A stretch of 50,210 bases of DNA from Octopus bimaculoides (taxonomy: Eukaryota), in the NCBI RefSeq assembly GCF_001194135.2, contig NC_068991.1, forward strand, positions 18,459,562 to 18,509,771, given 5' to 3'. Shown here in pieces: positions 48,587-50,210 of this stretch (its first letter is position 1; each line of letters begins with the position of its first letter). The position numbers were made by a program, and so were the translations under genes. The notes beneath the pieces were generated by a model that saw only the letters and a program-made list of their open reading frames with translations, had not been told where the DNA came from and did no database searches.

Positions 48587-48765
48587 CTCTTTAGCATTTA
48601 AACTGGCTACATTCAGCCCAAACATTCTATTTACCCTATAATATCCTTCTAAAAATAAATAATTAACCCCACCAAAATCTCAAAGCTACAAGGTAATTTA
48701 TGATTAATTCAAAACACTGAAAAGATAAGCATTACATTTGACAGAGGAATCTGAAAGCTAAAGGG
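48587..48765. mobile_element. Degenerate copy of the 31276 piggyBac-type MITE (opposite orientation)
   Basis: CTCTTTAGCATT...CATTACATTTGACAGA..AATCTGAA.GCTAAAGGG. Confidence 0.6.
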
Positions 48766-49139
48766 TTGTATCAGCTTTTATATAGAAATGAACTACATTT
48801 CTGGTGAATTCATGTGTTTTCTTGCTTCCCCCATAATGACTCTATGACCTGGTATCTAAATTTATATCATGTATTATTTTTCAAATAAATAATTATCAGT
48901 TTTTAAGAGTAGACTTTGAATTTTTTAACACAACCTCTTTTTCTGAATTGAAATAATTTTTAGATTAGATAAACTGTCAGTGAATAAATTAAAAAAAAAA
49001 TCTTCTTTTCTGATTGTATGTTTTAAAACAAAATCATCATCATTGTTTTAACATCCACTTTTTCATACTTTTGTGGGTGAAATGGAGTTAATAACTGAAG
49101 TAGATATTTCTAGGGCCAGAATTTCTCCTTGTCAGTAAT

Positions 49140-49358
49140 CCATTAGCATTCGAACTGACCATATCTGACTCAAAAATTCTACCTGTTTTACATTCAAACT
49201 GACCAAATACATCCTCTCACATCTACCTTAAAATGTTATTGTAGAAATAAACAATCACACCATTGGTCTCTCAAAGCTATAAGATAAGGAATGGTTAGTT
49301 CAAAACAATGTGAATAAATAAGCATTACATTTGACAGAGTAATCTGACTGCTAAAGAG
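49140..49358. mobile_element. Degenerate copy of the 31276 piggyBac-type MITE (opposite orientation)
   Basis: Same internal sequence; right end CTAAAGAG-TTAA. Confidence 0.6.
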
Positions 49359-49923
49359 TTAACTCACACCTATTTCTAAGCAAGATAATGTTTCTCTATG
49401 GCTAGATATATTTTTGTAGAACTGTAGATTCAATCAAGAAATATTATTATGGACCACCATGTTCAAAAATTCCATCTACAAACATTATTATGGACTGCTG
49501 AGCCCCAAGAAACAGCTGTTGGGTTTGTAATACCTCTACCCCTTTAATTCTCTATGTCATTTGTATTCTATGTAAGTTGGACCTTTTTATATGTATACAT
49601 ATATACAATGTTTTGTATCTCATTTATTTTATATACTTTATATATTGATCTGTCTAATTCACTTATCCCTAAATTTACCTCTATACCTGCTCAAGTTTAA
49701 ATCTCTTGAGCACTACTCAGTGTATTCTATACAAGGAATATTTGGATCTTATCTATAAACTGTATACACACACGCACACGCACAAATTTAATTAGAGGAT
49801 ATGCTAACCTCAAGAAGGGATGGTTGTATCCAAGGAAATATTGTTCAATACCTAGTACTTTTGGGGAATGAAATTCCTTTAAAACAATAGGTATATATAA
49901 AGCATATAGTTTATAATCCATTT

Positions 49924-50190
49924 AGAAGAAGAAAAGAAAATGGAGATAAAGAAGTTAATAATTGCTTATCATTAACAAGTCTTCTGAAATGAATTGACAA
50001 GCCCACATATAACATCCAAAGGTACTTCCTTTTTTCCTCTGATGAAATTATACGCATGTCACATATTTGTAATTGAATTATTGAGTATTAATTGAAACAG
50101 CTGTAAGAAGTGAAGACGACCAATTTAATTTGTTGTTAATAATAAACAATTATTAACTTCCTTATCTCCATTTTCTCTTCTTCTTCTTAT
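49924..50190 (+). mobile_element. Penelope-like terminal repeat (pLTR) region with inverted tail copy
   Basis: 49997-50030 encodes DKPTYNIQRYF (PLE ORF end KP..N.Q), then hammerhead fold, tail and (AT)n; 49924-49978 is the reverse complement of about 50133-50187 (4 mismatches). Confidence 0.65.
50034..50110 (+). ncRNA. Minimal type I hammerhead ribozyme fold with intact catalytic core
   Basis: TTCCT-CTGATGA(50039-50045)-AATTATAC...GTATTAATT-GAAA(50094-50097)-CAGCTGT-A-AGAAG: stem II 8 bp with one bulge, palindromic stem III ACAGCUGU, GUA site at 50103-50105, weak stem I (one mismatch, one G-U). Confidence 0.7.
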
Positions 50191-50210
50191 ATATATATAT
50201 ATATATATAT

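Noticed and set aside
49478-49529. GAAACAGCTGTT with flanks able to pair like hammerhead stem I
   Set aside because: The CUGANGA box is replaced by ATTATTA (part of a local 12-bp duplication); only half a motif.

Overview
AT-rich, microsatellite- and gap-riddled eukaryotic genomic DNA. The SINE families, repeat style and gene content look like an octopus (coleoid cephalopod) draft assembly; this is an inference from recalled repeat families, not a search. Two protein-coding loci are well supported. (1) A plus-strand, multi-exon WFDC1/ps20-like gene: five coding exons at 20235-29899 join in frame, including two 42-nt mini-exons; the signal-peptide exon and the last exon were not located. (2) A minus-strand TBC1D19 whose whole 521-aa CDS (44435-46000) is one exon, with a probable 5'UTR intron and an RFX X-box plus twin CCAAT promoter, i.e. 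a retrogene-like architecture. The rest is mostly transposon debris: several tRNA-type SINE families, CR1/L2-type LINE pieces, a Helitron 3' end, mariner/hAT/piggyBac-type MITEs, a Merlin transposase remnant and Penelope-like (GIY-YIG) remnants. The most interesting unexplained signals are: minimal hammerhead-ribozyme folds at Penelope-like element ends (50034-50110 with intact core; 41424-41508 with a G5A change), a bulge-free pre-miRNA-like hairpin (7198-7274), two perfect fold-back palindromes (36181-36234, 39655-39749), and an orphan exon (43890-44126) that reads like the C-terminal part of a peptide-hormone precursor. No CRISPR, rRNA or genuine tRNA genes were seen. Most long ORFs in the supplied track are N-gap or microsatellite artefacts.
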